64,000 nucleotides of DNA from Harriotta raleighana. Taxonomy: Eukaryota. Of the stretch, positions 1-12,660 are shown piece by piece. A model generated the notes under the pieces. The model saw only the letters and a list, made by a program, of their open reading frames with translations. It made no database searches and was not told where the DNA came from. How positions within the stretch are numbered: position 1 is the stretch's first letter; each line of letters starts with the position of its first letter. The translations under genes were made by a program, and so were the position numbers. The stretch lies in the NCBI GenBank assembly GCA_050575255.1, contig JBNZDD010013668.1:2822847-2886846 (forward strand), read 5' to 3'.

Positions 1-437
1 TCCTCCCGTATCTGACCTACTGTTTAGTTTCCCACCCTCACCCCCCGGGATTAGTTTAAATCCCCCCCTACAAAATTGGACAACCTCCCTGCAAGGAGAT
101 TGGTTCCAGCCCTATTCAGGTGTAACCCATCCCTTTTATACAGGTTCCACTTGCCCCAGAATTGGTCCCAATGGTCTAGGAACCTGAAACCCTCCTTCCT
201 ACACCACTTCTCCAGCCATGCATTGATGTGCCTTATCCTAGCATTCTGGAACTGGCTTGCTCGAGGCACCGGAAGCAACCCAGAGATCACCACTCTTGAA
301 GTTCCATCTTTAAGTTTTTTCCCTAATCTCTGATACTCTCCCTGGAGCATCTCAGGCCTTTTCCTCCCGACTTCATGGGTCCCAACATGGACCACCACTT
401 GTGGGTTTTCCCCTTCCCCGAGCAGAATTTCTTGCAC
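1..437 (-). mobile_element. CR1-clade LINE, 5'-truncated, ORF1p esterase (SGNH) domain; continues off the left edge
   Basis: ORF 51..437 reads VVVHVGTHEV...SRVVISGLLPVPRA...INAWLEKWCRKEGFRFLDHW...LYKRDGLHLN, the typical CR1 ORF1 esterase C-terminus. Confidence 0.85.
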
Positions 438-689
438 ATTGGAGCGGTTCTCAAAACATCTACCTCAAAATGGTCAGCCTGGGGTTGGGCATTACATACA
501 GCTTCAATCTGTATTCTTTGAGTTGAAGAGTACAAATTACATTGAAATTGTTACTGCTCAGTACAGAACTTCAGGGTCTTCCAACCTTTGCAGTTCTCCA
601 TTTGGTCAGCTCAAGTTGCAAGGTCTTTTACTTGTTTCTTTATTTAGCATAAAAAAAATCAAAGTTAGGGATAAACTGGCTTTCCATTT

Positions 690-1016
690 ATAATAATAAT
701 AATAATAATCCTTGCATTTGATATAGCGCTTTTCACATCTTATCGACGTCCCAAAGCGCTTCACAGAATATACTGTAAAGTGAATTGACTGTATATTTCT
801 GGGCACAATGCGGCAGCCAATTGCGCACAGCAGCGTCCCACAAACAGTCATGGATTGAAATGACCAATTTTATTATTGTTGTATTTTTGGAGGGATTATT
901 ATTAGGCATGTGGAGTAAAGAAACTTGCCCAAGGTTTCGCCCTGATCTGCCGGGATTCGAACACAGGTCTCATGCTTATAAGACAAGTGCTCTAACCACC
1001 AAGCCACAGGAGCTCC
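690..1016 (-). mobile_element. Full-length tRNA-derived SINE, short/young subfamily
   Basis: On the minus strand: tRNA head with A box and B box (GTTCGAATCC), Deu-like 3' body, L2-type tail and (ATT)n end. Nearly identical to the copies at 19918 and 34777. Confidence 0.9.
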
Positions 1017-3167
1017 ATTTGTCAGCAACTTGACCCTCCCCTTTGCAATTCTATGAAGAATTTATAGTTCAGGAATGTATCAAATCTTCTTGTGTGTTTC
1101 CATTACAATGGGATCTACAGATATACATATCCACTTCAATGCGTGCCAGTCAACATGCAATGTACAGCTCCTGAGCCTCCAGGAAAGTACAAGTCGTGCA
1201 AATAGGATGCCAGGCAAAACAGAATGTGCGGAGCACAGATAGCTTGAGGTCGCTGTAACCTCCAATAAATCCTGTGCCTATTGTCAGAGGAGACATTTTC
1301 AGTCCTCAAAAAAGAAGAGTAAAATTGCGCAATCATCACAAATTTACTCTTCGGATAATGTGTCGTCTTTCATCGTAAGAATGGAAAACAGAGCCCAGAA
1401 GCAGTTAAACTGACCTACAAACTGAGAAAGCTACTTCTGCACCAAATAATTATTGTAACTCTATGAACTGTAGCTTTTACTGAATTCACTGAAAATTATG
1501 CTAAAATGTCATGATATAAATGAAGACATAATGTGACTTGAGGATTCACTGAAAAATACACCATTGAATCATGCAGCTGATTCTTCTGAGCGGCAAGAAG
1601 CACGAGAGCTTATTATAGGTTATCATTTATGTTAAGGTGACCGATGATAGCATAAAATACAGTCACCAGTTTGGAGTGCCAGTGCATTCATCATGAAAGA
1701 CTTTGAGCAATTTTGAGAGTGAACCTTATTAAAATTAGAAATATGAGGCAAATAAAATGTTGATTTAATCTCACTCAGTATGGGGTTTAAATATTCTGGA
1801 AATACTTAAAACATACCTCTTTTGTCATTTTTCCCCTCCCTACTTAACTTGGTTCCTGTCACCCAACTCAGATGCCAAGCCAGGCCTGTTGAGTATCTTG
1901 AGACATCTATACGATGTGAAAGATATTATATCAATGTAAATTTGTATTGTATTTCAATAAAGGGGTTGCCACATTTTTCACTGAGTACAAAAAAGCCGTT
2001 TTAAGAAATTCTTACACATTCCAAAAATGTTATGCAAAGATCATAAACAGAATGGTTTAGAACTGTTTATAGGTGAAATCTACCAACCATTAGATACATT
2101 TGTTGAACTGATTGTATATACAATATTAGATCACATTTCTTTGCATTTCCATTAATTTGAAGTTGCTGAATATTAAAGTTAAAGCAATTTGAACAGGCCT
2201 CCCGGGTCACAGGAAGATTGTTCTTGGTTTTGAAAAGCGGATGTTGACACACGATTCAAATTTACAGAAGATTGTTATCTCCACTCCACAACTTTGGAGA
2301 TTGTTGTAGAAGATTGGAAGAGACCAGATCGCAGACACAGTAAGATGTGAAACAATGGGGTAAAACCATGGACTTTCATTCAAATGCTTAGGTGACAGAT
2401 ATGGCCAATCTTATTTCGCAAATGGATGCCCATTTGAGGGAATTATTGAATGTTCACATAGCTATTTTGGAACATGTGAGTGGGTCTATTATAAGCTGGT
2501 TTTGACTCATGAGAAAATATCAAAATAAACTATTTCAAGCCATTTCAAAGAATGAACTCCCCTCAAACTAGTGACCGCATCTGGAGATAAGTCACCTTTC
2601 ATCATACATTCTGCAGTGTCACTAAAGTTTTCTTATCTGTCCATAGGAATGGCTTGTGCTGAATACCATTCTGCTGATGTACAATCAGGGCACGAACTGT
2701 GTGTTAAACTGTTACAACTTAATTCACATCAAACTGGAAAGAGTTGAATTAAAATCCTCTGCTCCTGAGGATCATTTTCATAGTTTAGAATAATTTTTTA
2801 GACTTAAAAAAAATGGAGCCAGGGTTCCTCCTCAGTGTATTTTTCTTATTTATTCTTATGCTTTCTACAAGTCTCTTGTGCCGTATGCTATCAAAACATA
2901 GAGGGCAGGCAAACTATCTGCTCTCAAGATCCTTGCAAATTACGATCTGTACTCCACTTATTGAGGCCCCCTCAAAAAACCAGGACTGATTGACTTGATT
3001 TTACTTTTTCCTCCTTTACCTGTGGTGACACAGCTGCCCTCCACTTGGCACTTCGCCACGATAGCACAGTTAGATCACTAAGCCTGCATGTAGGAAATCA
3101 TGAACGTAAATTCACAACACAACACCCTGCATGTGGCACAGCTGCACTTCGATGCACTACATCACTG

Positions 3168-3510
3168 GCGTCAGCCTGGCTCAGTTGGTAACCTTCGTGC
3201 CTCTGAGTCAGAAGGCTGTGGGTTCAGGCCCAACAACGGAGGTTTTTGAGCTCATTGTTTTGACTGATGCTTCATTGCAATGCTGGGGGAAGCACTGCAT
3301 TGTCAGAAGTGCCGAACGACAGATGAGATGTTAAACCAAGGTCCTTACTATCTGTTCAGGTAGATGTCAAAGATTGCCTGATACTAATTGAAAAGAGAAG
3401 GAAGTTTCTCCTGGTGTCCTGGCTAACAATCTCACAGATAAAATTGATGATTCACTTCATGACTGTTTGTGAGACACTGCTGTGAACCAGTTGGCTGCCT
3501 TATTTCAACA
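3168..3510 (+). mobile_element. Older Deu-domain SINE (SacSINE1/AmnSINE-like)
   Basis: Head GGCTCAGTTGGTA...CCTCTGAGTCAGAAGGCTGTGGGTTCA, then GATGAGATGTTAAACC...GTTCAGGTAGATGT...GTGTCCTGGC...GCTGTG...TTGGCTGCC. Confidence 0.7.
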
Positions 3511-4294
3511 ACTAATACAATCACGACATGTTAAGAGTAAATATACTTCTGTTTAGTTTTCTTGAACCTTTTGTATAGAACTGAAAGCAGATGGTGTGAT
3601 TGGAAAACTAGTTTGGAAGTGTTGAGGTGTTGTTTAGCTCATTGACATTTTAATGGTAGCATTGTTGCTTGCACGGTTTTATGAAAGTTTTCTTAATGTC
3701 TAAAAACAAAACACATTCAATTCAATCTTAATTTATTGTCAGATTATTGATGGGGCCCAACATCAAATGTTTTGTCATATGTGCTACGCTGTGATTCTTT
3801 AAGTAATTAAAAATATTGGGCTAAACAGAATATTTCACGCAAATAGATTCAGGCATATATTTCAATCATGAACTCTTATGGATTAAATGTTCATCATGTA
3901 GAAACACCCTAAAGCATTATGAAAGTAGGTGAGTTAAAACTGAAACACAATACAACAACAAATACAACAACAACAAAATTACACTTGTATAGCGCCTTTC
4001 ACGTCAGGAGGATGTCACAAGGCGCTTGTTAGGTTTCAAAGATTGCGTGAAAATAAAGTGAGCCAAATTGTTATGCAACAAAGTCAGACACAGAATAACT
4101 ATCAGAGAATACTCAGGAAATCAGTGAGGGCTTGATAAGATTTGAAATCTATTAACCAAGGCAAAATGCAAGAATTAATATTACAATATATTAATCAGAA
4201 TTAAATACTAGTATTTTCCCTGGAGAATTTTATTCCTGAATAAAAATGAAAGATTCAATCTGGAGCGGAATATATTCATTGCACAATGGTAACC

Positions 4295-4825
4295 ATGTAG
4301 TGGAGGGAGGAGGCAAGGTCGAGGGAGGGATAGAGGGCTGTAGGGAAGGAGGAAGTGAAATGGAGGGAGGAAGGAAGGGGATGTGGTGGCGGGAGGGAGG
4401 AGCAAGGTGGAGGGAGGGAGGGGGGTGAGGTGCAGGGAGGGAGGGGGACAGTGGGAGGGAGGGAGGGGAGAGAGGAGGTGAGGGGGAGGGAGGGAGGAAG
4501 GAAGGAAAGGAGGGAAGGGAACTGGTGGGTGAGGGGTAGGGACACCAAGATGGAGTTCCAGAGAGCAACACATATGGGCACAAAGGGCACCATTGCCCAA
4601 TATTCTTCATGCCACCAAATGTACTCACACACTCACCTATCGACTACATCTACCCATCTCATGCACACCCACTCATCACAAACACAACCACTCATCCACC
4701 ACCAACGCATCACCACACGCACCCATCACCCAGAACCCACACCCACCCATTACCCACACCCACACAGCACACACCCAGCACCCAAACCCACCCAGCAAGC
4801 ACCCAACTGCCCCCTACACCCACTG
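4295..4825. repeat. Purine-rich (GGAGG) tract from a decayed L2 3' region, followed by a CA-rich low-complexity tract
   Basis: Low-complexity composition; ATGGAGTTCCAGAG motif shared with the L2 copies. Confidence 0.6.
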
Positions 4826-4974
4826 AAAACAAAAGAAACCAAAAGATTTCAAGATGTAATTTGTAACCTCAGGTTCAGCTGAGCACTGTAACCACCACTA
4901 GACGTCACAATAAACCCCTCAATTAGATTAGTCACTTGTAATTACTCTTCAATATTACTCTAATATTGAATATT

Positions 4975-5420
4975 ACAACAACAACAACAACAAAATTACA
5001 CTTATAGAGCACGTTTCACGTCAGGAGGATGTCCCAAGGCGCTAGACAGATTGGTTCAGGACCCAAGCAAGGGAAAATGTTCAGGGCGAGGGGGGGGAAG
5101 GGTGGAAGCAAGGAGGGGGTAGAGACTCGAGAGGGGAGTTGAAGGCACGGTCAAACAGAAAGGTCTTGAGACCGGCCTTGAAAGAGGAAAGGGAGGAAGC
5201 GAGGCGAAGGCACAGGGGGATGGAGTTCCAGAGCCTGGGGGCTGAGCGGCTGAAAGCCCGGCTGCTGATGGTAGGACGGTTAGGGCAGGGGACGTGGAGC
5301 AGACCAGTGCCAGAGAACGGAGGGTACGGGCAGGTAGATAGGGGGATATTAGGTCGGAGAGGTAGGAGGGAGCAAGGCCGTGAATGGCCTTGTAGGTAAG
5401 GATGAGGATCTTGAATTCGA
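4975..5420 (-). mobile_element. L2-clade LINE 3' end with (TTG)n tail
   Basis: Nearly identical to 37475-37718. The minus strand encodes the L2 ORF2 C-terminus followed by the GTGAAA..GCTCTATAAGTGTAATTTTGTTG tail. Confidence 0.8.
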
Positions 5421-6249
5421 TTATTACTTCAATATTACTCTATATAAATAAGACTATCTGAGGTTATACTGTATTCAGCTTTTCTTTCATATTCTCAGAA
5501 TGGTTGTGGGTAATTTCATAAACTAATCCTTTATGGGTAGATGGCTTTTCATTTTGGTTTGCAGAGAACTTATATACATGGGGAGATGTTAGGATTGACA
5601 GTCAAGACTATAAACTGCAGGGCTTGTTCTCACGCATGCAGAAAGTAGGCTAAAGGACAACTGGTTATGTAAGGGGATTACAATAAAACCTCTACATCAC
5701 TGCGGACATTTAGGAATCAAATAATTCTGCCTGGAGACTCAGAATAAGTCCAGCATTGACGCTACATAAGCATGTAAGCTGTACAGCAACAAGGATCTAA
5801 AAATACTGATTATTTACATGTTGAAATAGATGCAGATCCATATACATGTAAAAATGTCCTTGCTTTATGACTATTGTACATCATAGTAGATATCTGTACT
5901 ATTTTATAAGAGGCATTGGTTTAATCAGAGATAGCAATATACAGTACTTCCTAAAACATCCCAAAACTCCCAAAATGTTTAGCTGAATTTGGACCAAAAC
6001 AAATAGAAGGCACTAAGTAAATGTGCACAGATCCACTTTAAAGATTTTGAGACAATCCAATGAAGCTAGAGTATTATTTAGTTAAATAATATGAATTGAA
6101 ACAAATACAGATGTAACTATGTCATTGTTCACACATCCCAATTGCATCTGCAATAAATGTTAAAGCATCAATTATTATTAGTTTCGCACAGATGGTAGAA
6201 CTCCTGCCTATGAAGGGTAGGGTTAGAAAGTTGCAGGATCCAGTGCTCT

Positions 6250-6574
6250 GTGGAATCCTGTGGCTCAGTGGTTAGAGCACTCGCCTTACAAGCGTGAGAC
6301 CTATGTTACGAATCCAGGCAGGTCAGGGCGAAATCTTGGGCAAGTTTCCTTATTCCACACACCTAATTTCAATTTCAATCCCTCCAAAAAAAACAATAAT
6401 AAAATTGGTCATTTCAATCCACGACTGTTTGTGAGACACTGCTGTGCGCAATAGAGTGCTGCGTTTCGCCCACAGATATACAGTCAATTTACTTTACAGT
6501 ATATTCTGTGAAGCGCCTTGAGACGTCTAGAAGATATGAAAAGCGCTATATCAAATGCAAGGATTATTATTATT
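6250..6574 (+). mobile_element. Full-length tRNA-derived SINE, short form
   Basis: TGGCTCAGTGGTTAGAGCACTCGCCTTACAAGCG head ... AAGCGCTATATCAAATGCAAGGATTATTATT tail. Confidence 0.9.
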
Positions 6575-6589
6575 TGTATTTATTAGAAG

Positions 6590-7450
6590 TGACATTTGAT
6601 GCTCATAAAGCATGCAGACATTGCTGTAAAGTGCTGGGGAGCACTGCATTTTTGGATGCGTCATCCTTCAAACGTGATGTTAAACTGAGGTTCCAGCTAT
6701 GTATCGCTTTGATGAACGTTAAAGAATCCATTACAATACAGGTATCCCCCAATTTATGATATCTCTATTTACATGAATTCGATTTAATGAACGTAATTTT
6801 TTAACACCTTTTTATCAATGTAATATTTTGTTTCGTTTAACAGAAACAAATTGTGCATTTTTTTGCGCATGCGCAGTATAAAGTGTATTTCCCAGTAAAT
6901 ATACAGTATGTTCACTGTATCCAAGCTGTTGAACTGGCCACTAGCATGTCGCTATGACCACGTCATTGTTTAAATGTTCTTTTGAAGCGAAACCACGCAT
7001 GTCGGTATTATTTCCAAAACTTCCCCAGCAATTTCGAGTGATTTCCAGCCTCTACCGCATTTCTATAATGTCAGAAAAGATTCCAGTAAGTGAAATGAGC
7101 AGCAATAATACTGCTAGTGGTAAGAGACCCTGCAAAGTCATCACTTTAGATACTAAATCTTGCTTATGTGTGTTATTTTGTGTGTTTTGTGTGTTGTTTT
7201 GTGTATTATTTTAGTGGATTTAAGGTCCAAAAATTTTGGATCTCGGGTTATATAATGTATGGGAAAACGCGTACCGATTTATAAACTTTAGATTTGCGTG
7301 ATGTTTTTCAGGATCGCAACCCTGTTGTAAATCGGGGGATACTTGTACTTGAAAATAAAGTAAAATTCTCTCAGTGTCCTGGCCAACAATCCACCACATG
7401 AATTGGTTACTCACCTCAAGGCTATTTGTGGAACCATATTGTGCCCACAG
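6590..7450 (+). mobile_element. Older Deu-SINE split by a MITE insertion at 6739-7345
   Basis: The Deu body runs to ...AAAGAATCCATTACAATA and resumes at CTTGAAAA...CTCTCAGTGTCCTGGCCAAC after the insert. Confidence 0.6.
6739..7345 (+). mobile_element. Tigger/pogo-type non-autonomous DNA transposon (607 bp)
   Basis: TA TSD (6737-38 / 7346-47). TIR CAGGTATCCCCCAATTTAT versus reverse complement CAAGTATCCCCCGATTTAC (16/19). Internal remnant MSEKIP...KRPCKVITLDTK resembles a pogo transposase N-terminus. Confidence 0.85.
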
Positions 7451-8675
7451 TAGTTATCTGACAGGTTTGAAATGTCTCTCTCCTTTATTCCTTTTTGGGG
7501 ATAGTTAATTTCCCCTGCTGTATCTCAATATGTTTCGGTCTGGAAACATTTTCTCTCAAAACCCAACTTTTAGAGACTGGTAAACTCTCTTATATCTTAT
7601 CTCTTATAGCACCTTTAAAACTGTACTTCCCGGAACAACATCAATAAAACTTGCTGGAAGCTGTTAGTCCCAAGAACATCTCCATAAAGCACGTAGTATC
7701 ATAATAAAATACATAGCAGGGCAGCAATTTAAATGACACAATTATACTCTAAGCAGACCATGTCCCAGTTCAATGAAAAAAGGGTTGCCTAATTAAAGTA
7801 AAAATAAGAATCAATGCATTTAATATCAACAACAAAATTACACATATATAGCGCCTTTCACATCAGGAGGACGTCCCATGCTCTGGGACACCTTGAGATA
7901 TAGTGCCTTATTACAAGATCAAGATATCTCAAAAGTGATTCACAAGATATACTGTAAAGTGGATTGACTGTGAATTTTGTGACCAAATTTAATTTTTGTT
8001 CATCTCAGGGTGTTGATCAAGATTGGCTCTGCTGCATTCTTCCTATTCAGATTTCATGCTCAACAATCAGGAATTTTCATTGGAAACGTCAGGTTGACTA
8101 TTATTCATGTTAATCTGAATTACAATGTGCTTTACAAGCAGGGCATTAAGAAAATTGTATACTTGTACACAATATCAAAAAGGTCAGCTTGTTTAGAAGT
8201 TGTTTGTTAGGATTATTATTATATCATTTCTGCTAGAATCACATCCTCGGGAAGATCATCTTTTAATCCCTCGACAATGATTCTTTCAAATGCTTTATGT
8301 CACAAATTTGGTATATTGCATTGCACTGCAAATAATTATGGAGATAATACAACACTGTGCACCATAGTATACATGTAAAGATTTGATCTGCCAATTGTCT
8401 TTTCTTTCTTTTATACCTTAGGAGCTTCTTGTGTTTATCAAGATAAGGTTTGTCAATCTTGGGAAATTAAATATTTATGCTCTTTTGAATGTCACTATCA
8501 TCTACCTGCTCCTCAAGGAATATAGCAACCACTGGAACTATCTCATAAAAACTATCCTGTTCCATAAGTAAGATTATGTAATTTAACACCTGAACAGAGT
8601 GTGAGTTTAGACTATGAATTGAAATCCTGAGGCCTGAAATTACCTCCTTGAAGGCAATTTTGTCTTAAAATTTAG

Positions 8676-8945
8676 GAACATAGAATCATACGTCACAAAA
8701 GGAGGCCAGTCGGCCCATCGAATCTCTGCTGGCTCTTTAAAAAGAGCAATTTAATACTATTGCCCAGCTCTCTCCCCACAACCTTGCAAACCTGTCCTCC
8801 TCAAATAAATGTCCATCTCTCTTTTAAAAGTTGTTATTGAGTCAGCCTCCACCACCTTTTCAGGCAATTCATTCCAGATTCAAACAATTCACTGAGTGAA
8901 AACATTTCTCCTCACCTCCCTTCTGTTTCTTTTTGAAACTATTTT
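8676..8945 (-). mobile_element. CR1 LINE 3' end fragment
   Basis: GAACATAGAATCATA...GGAGGCCA.TCGGCCCATCG 3' terminus and CACCACCTTTTCAGGCAATTCATTCCAG motif. Confidence 0.7.
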
Positions 8946-9619
8946 AAATATGTGAGATTTAATCTTAAATCTTTAGCTTTAAGACTAAATTTAAAAAGTG
9001 TATGGTCTGCAATCTATTGTCAGGCTCATGCTTCTCTCACATGCACTATCAATGACCAGATATTTGTGAAAAATTAAAGCAAGAATTTACCATTAATGGT
9101 GAAAATTAACAACAGGGGATTGACAACTATTTTCTGTTGGCAGTAAATCCATATTTTACTGCTCCCAGCAAATTCTAGTGCTTACGTCTCTACAGTATGA
9201 CACCCATTTGGTACTGAGAGATGGCAGGTTTTACCAATAGTCTGAATTATTCTGGGTCTTCACTGAGTGAGTTTCTGGTCCTTTACTTGGAACACTTAAA
9301 TTCAATGTCAATGAGAATCAGACAGTTAATGTCTAAAATCTGACCATAGTGTAATTCAAGAGAAGTACTGACCCTCTGACCAGATTACAGGAGTGCTAAA
9401 AGATGGTTTTAATTTGCCTTAACACTGTTGTGAAGCTGAAATGTGTGAAATGTAGCGTGGGAGTTGAATACTTCCGATGTATTCCTGATTGAAATAAAGT
9501 AGATTAATCCCAAGAGGCACTGAATGGGAAATGGCACATGAATCGTACCCACTGACACTTGCTGATAATTTTGGTAAAATCCCCATTACCCTAATATATT
9601 TCAGTACTTATACTGGAAC

Positions 9620-10210
9620 GAGTCGTTGCTCTCAGCATCGGTCCCATTCTCTCTCGCCATTCCCTCTTCGATACTCTATAATCTGTCTTCCGTGCTTCCC
9701 ATTGCACGGAGACAGCCCTGGTCAAAGTCTCTAATGACATTCTAAACATCTGTGATCAGGGCTCTCCCACATCCTCAACCGACTCCCCATCTTCCAGAGG
9801 ATTTAATTCAAAATCCTTGTCCTCACATTCAATGTCCTCACAATGAATTTACCCCACCATAATTCTGTGAGCTCCTAAACCCCTGCCTGCCCTCTCCGCT
9901 CAGCAGGCTCCAGCCTGCTCCATGTCCCCCGACCCATCCTCCCCACCATTGGTGGGTGAGCTTTCAGCCACTCTGCCCCCCATCTCTGGAACTCCATCCT
10001 GCAGTCTTTCCAGCTCACCACCTTCCCAGCCTCCTTNGGTGGGTGAGCTTTCAGCCACTCTTCCCCCCATCTCTGGAACTCCATCCTGCAGTCTTTCCAG
10101 CTCACCACCTTCCCAGCCTCCTTCAAATCCTGCCTCAAGATCCTCCTCTCAACGGTCCCATCGGTGACCCCAAATCCCTCCCTTTCCTTCCACCCTCCCC
10201 GTCCCCAGCT
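9620..10210 (+). mobile_element. L2 LINE fragment (RT and 3' portions)
   Basis: CACGGAGACAGCCCTGGTCAAAGTC (ETALVKV), ATTTAATTCAAAATCCTTGTCCTCAC and CTCTGGAACTCC motifs. Confidence 0.7.
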
Positions 10211-10265
10211 CACGTCTGAAACAATACTTTTCAAATTACTGCAGTTTTTACTTAAAATGTTGAAT

Positions 10266-10535
10266 GTGGAGTCCTGTAGCCCAGTGGTTCGAACAACTGC
10301 CTGGAAAACGAGAGTAGCAGGGTTAGATTCCTGGCTGGATGAAATGCTAGACAAGTTTCTTTACTCCACATGTCTCTGTTTGCCTAGTAGTAAGTAGTAT
10401 ACCAGTTGATAGTCGATTGCCAGATCGTTTTCCTGCGAGTAATAGTCCCTCCAAACATTTTGTAGAAAAATAATTAATTCGTGAATTCAAACCATGACAA
10501 TTTGGGGGACACTGCAGGGTGCAATTGACTGCCGC
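10266..10535 (+). mobile_element. tRNA-SINE, long (older) subfamily with extra central domain
   Basis: Head, then CTCCACATGTCTCTGTTTGCCTAGTAGTAAGTAGTATACCAGTTGATAGTCGATTG..., a segment absent from the short copies. Confidence 0.75.
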
Positions 10536-10754
10536 ATGAGGTGGAATTTGGGGCCCGAAGACAGTAGCGATCCTGGCTAAACCCACTCCCTCCCAACTCC
10601 CCTTCCCACCCTCCCCCCTCACACCCATCCCCATTAAATAGTCTACCAACCACTAGCTGTTCTAGGCAAACACACCACCTGAGGCATTCGGTAAGGTATC
10701 AGGTGAGTGTGGGGTCATGCGATGGGGGCTTATACTCTATGTTACATTGTACCT

Positions 10755-11170
10755 TGTGGAGTCCTGTAGTTCGGTGGTTAGTACACTCGCCTTACAAGTG
10801 TGAAACCTGTGTTCGAATCCAGGCAGGTCAGGGTGAAACCTTGGACAAATTTCCTTATTCCACACGCCTAATAATAATACCTCCAAAAAAACACACAATA
10901 ATAAAATTGGTCATTTCAATCTACGACTATTTGTGGGATTCTGCTGTGCGCAATTGACTGCCAGTTGTACAATTCACTTTACAGTATATTCTATGAAGCG
11001 CTTTGAGACATCTGAAAGACGTAAAAAGCGCTATATCAAATGCAAGGATTATTATTATTAAAATATATACAGTCAATTCACAGTTTATTTATTCTGTGAA
11101 ACGCTTTGAATCATCTCAAAGCCATGGTGAGGTGCTATATCAAATGCAAGGATTATTTATTATTTATTAC
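10755..11170 (+). mobile_element. tRNA-SINE (10755-11059) plus a tandem second tail fragment (11062-11170)
   Basis: Same head, body and tail as the other copies; the tail is repeated immediately downstream. Confidence 0.85.
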
Positions 11171-11549
11171 TATTTCTTAAAATTGAAAAATCATGAATAC
11201 ATTAAAAGGTAATCAAGAATAAGATACAAAAGGCATATTGTGTAGTGTTTTAATTCTGCATTGAAAATTGGCCAATTCTGTATAACCAGATGTTCAGCTT
11301 AATAGACAGTGGGTGTTTTAGAGAATATCTAAGATAATGATCTGCTCTCAAGCATTTACTCACCAATCGCTCTCTGAAATCAGCTTCAGTTGATCTCCAA
11401 GAGAAGCTTGGGTTTACTCTGAGTGCTCTGATCATATTGACATTTTCAGGATCCCAAATAATACAGATAATAAGTTATTCAATATAGCCAAGAGATCCAT
11501 TTTCAATGGGATGTGTTCTGACACACTTTGGTGGGAAGGATAAATAAAG

Positions 11550-12375
11550 AAACTTGCTTCCTTGACCCCATCTCCATCCCTCTACTTACCTCCCAGCTCC
11601 AGCTCCTTGTCCCACTACTCTACGACACCATCAATCTCTCTCTATCACCTGGCATGCTTCCCATCCCTCTCAAAACAGCCACAATCATCAGCATCCTCAA
11701 GAAACCCCTCCTGGACGCATCCCTAAGTTCCAGTTACCAACCCATCTCCAATCTCCCTTTTCTTTCCAAGGTCCTTGAAACAATTGTTGCTTCCTAGCTT
11801 CGCTCTTCCTCTCCTCCTACTACCTCCGTAAGCCCCTCCAATCGCATTTCTGTGCTCTGATCATCGTCACAAATAACATCTGTGACCAGGGATCCCTCTG
11901 CCTCTTTGTCTTCCTTGACCTTTCTGCTGCCTTTGACACCGTAGACCACTCAAGCCTCCTCCACCACCTTTCCTCTCACTTCAACCTTCAAGGTTTTGGC
12001 CTCCATGACCTTGCCCCTCCTACATTTCTGACCTACTGACCACCTACCAACCCGTCCGGTCCCTCCATTTAGCAGGCTCCGGCCTGTTGCATGTCTCCTG
12101 CCTGACCTGCCCTATCATCTGCGGCCTGGCTTTCAGCTTCGCTGCCCCCACGCTTTGCAACTCCATCCCACAACGCATTCGCCTTGCTGCCTCCCTTGCC
12201 TCCTTCAAGGCTGGTCTCAAGACATTTTTTTTTGCCTTCAGCCGCCCCCTACCTCTGCGCCCTCCCTCATTCCAACCCTGCCTCCTTCCCTTACTCAGGT
12301 CCTGATCCCTGATGATTCAGTGCCTTGGGACGTCCTTCTGACATGAAAGGCAAATGTAATTTTGCTGTTGTTATT
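11550..12375 (+). mobile_element. L2 LINE, internally deleted ORF2 plus 3' tail
   Basis: TCFLDPI...LKTATIISILKKPLLD...[15 protein letters not shown], then LDLSAAFDTVDH, AFSFAAPTL, and the tail. Confidence 0.85.
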
Positions 12376-12439
12376 GAGAGATGAGATAATTGAGAGGGAG
12401 TCTGTTGGAGGTGTTTACAATTATGGAAGAATTCATTAC

Positions 12440-12660
12440 CTCTTGATAGCCTACTTCGACTTGCTGATGAGTCCAAAATTAAAGGGCATAAATATGATCG
12501 CCAGTAGTAGGTCTAACAGGAAGTTTAGGAGGAACATTTTCATGCAAAGCGGGGTGAGAATGTGAAACTCACTGCCCAAAGTTATGGTTGAAGTAAATTG
12601 CATCAATATATTTAAGAGAAAGCTTGATACTTACATGTAATAGAAGGGAATACTGTAGAG
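12440..12660 (+). mobile_element. Decayed CR1 3' fragment
   Basis: AAAGGGCATAAATAT...TTTAGGAGGAACATTTTCATGCAAAG.GGGGTGAGAATGTGAAACTCACTGCC...TTTAAGAGAAAGCTTGAT. Confidence 0.6.

Noticed and set aside
785-1033. Recurrent ORFs such as MTVYFWAQCGSQLRT... and ...KRYIKCKDYYY
   Set aside because: Incidental translations of SINE copies.
4208-4882. Several overlapping Pro-, Gly- or His-rich ORFs
   Set aside because: Produced by low-complexity GA- and CA-rich tracts.
6250-6325. tRNA-like heads with a TAC anticodon-like loop (CTCGC CTTACAA GCG.G)
   Set aside because: No acceptor-stem closure, and each continues into a SINE body; these are SINE heads, not tRNA genes.
9951-10125. Direct ~86-bp duplication in an L2 fragment
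   Set aside because: The two copies abut a single N (10037); typical unmerged contig overlap, so likely an assembly artefact.
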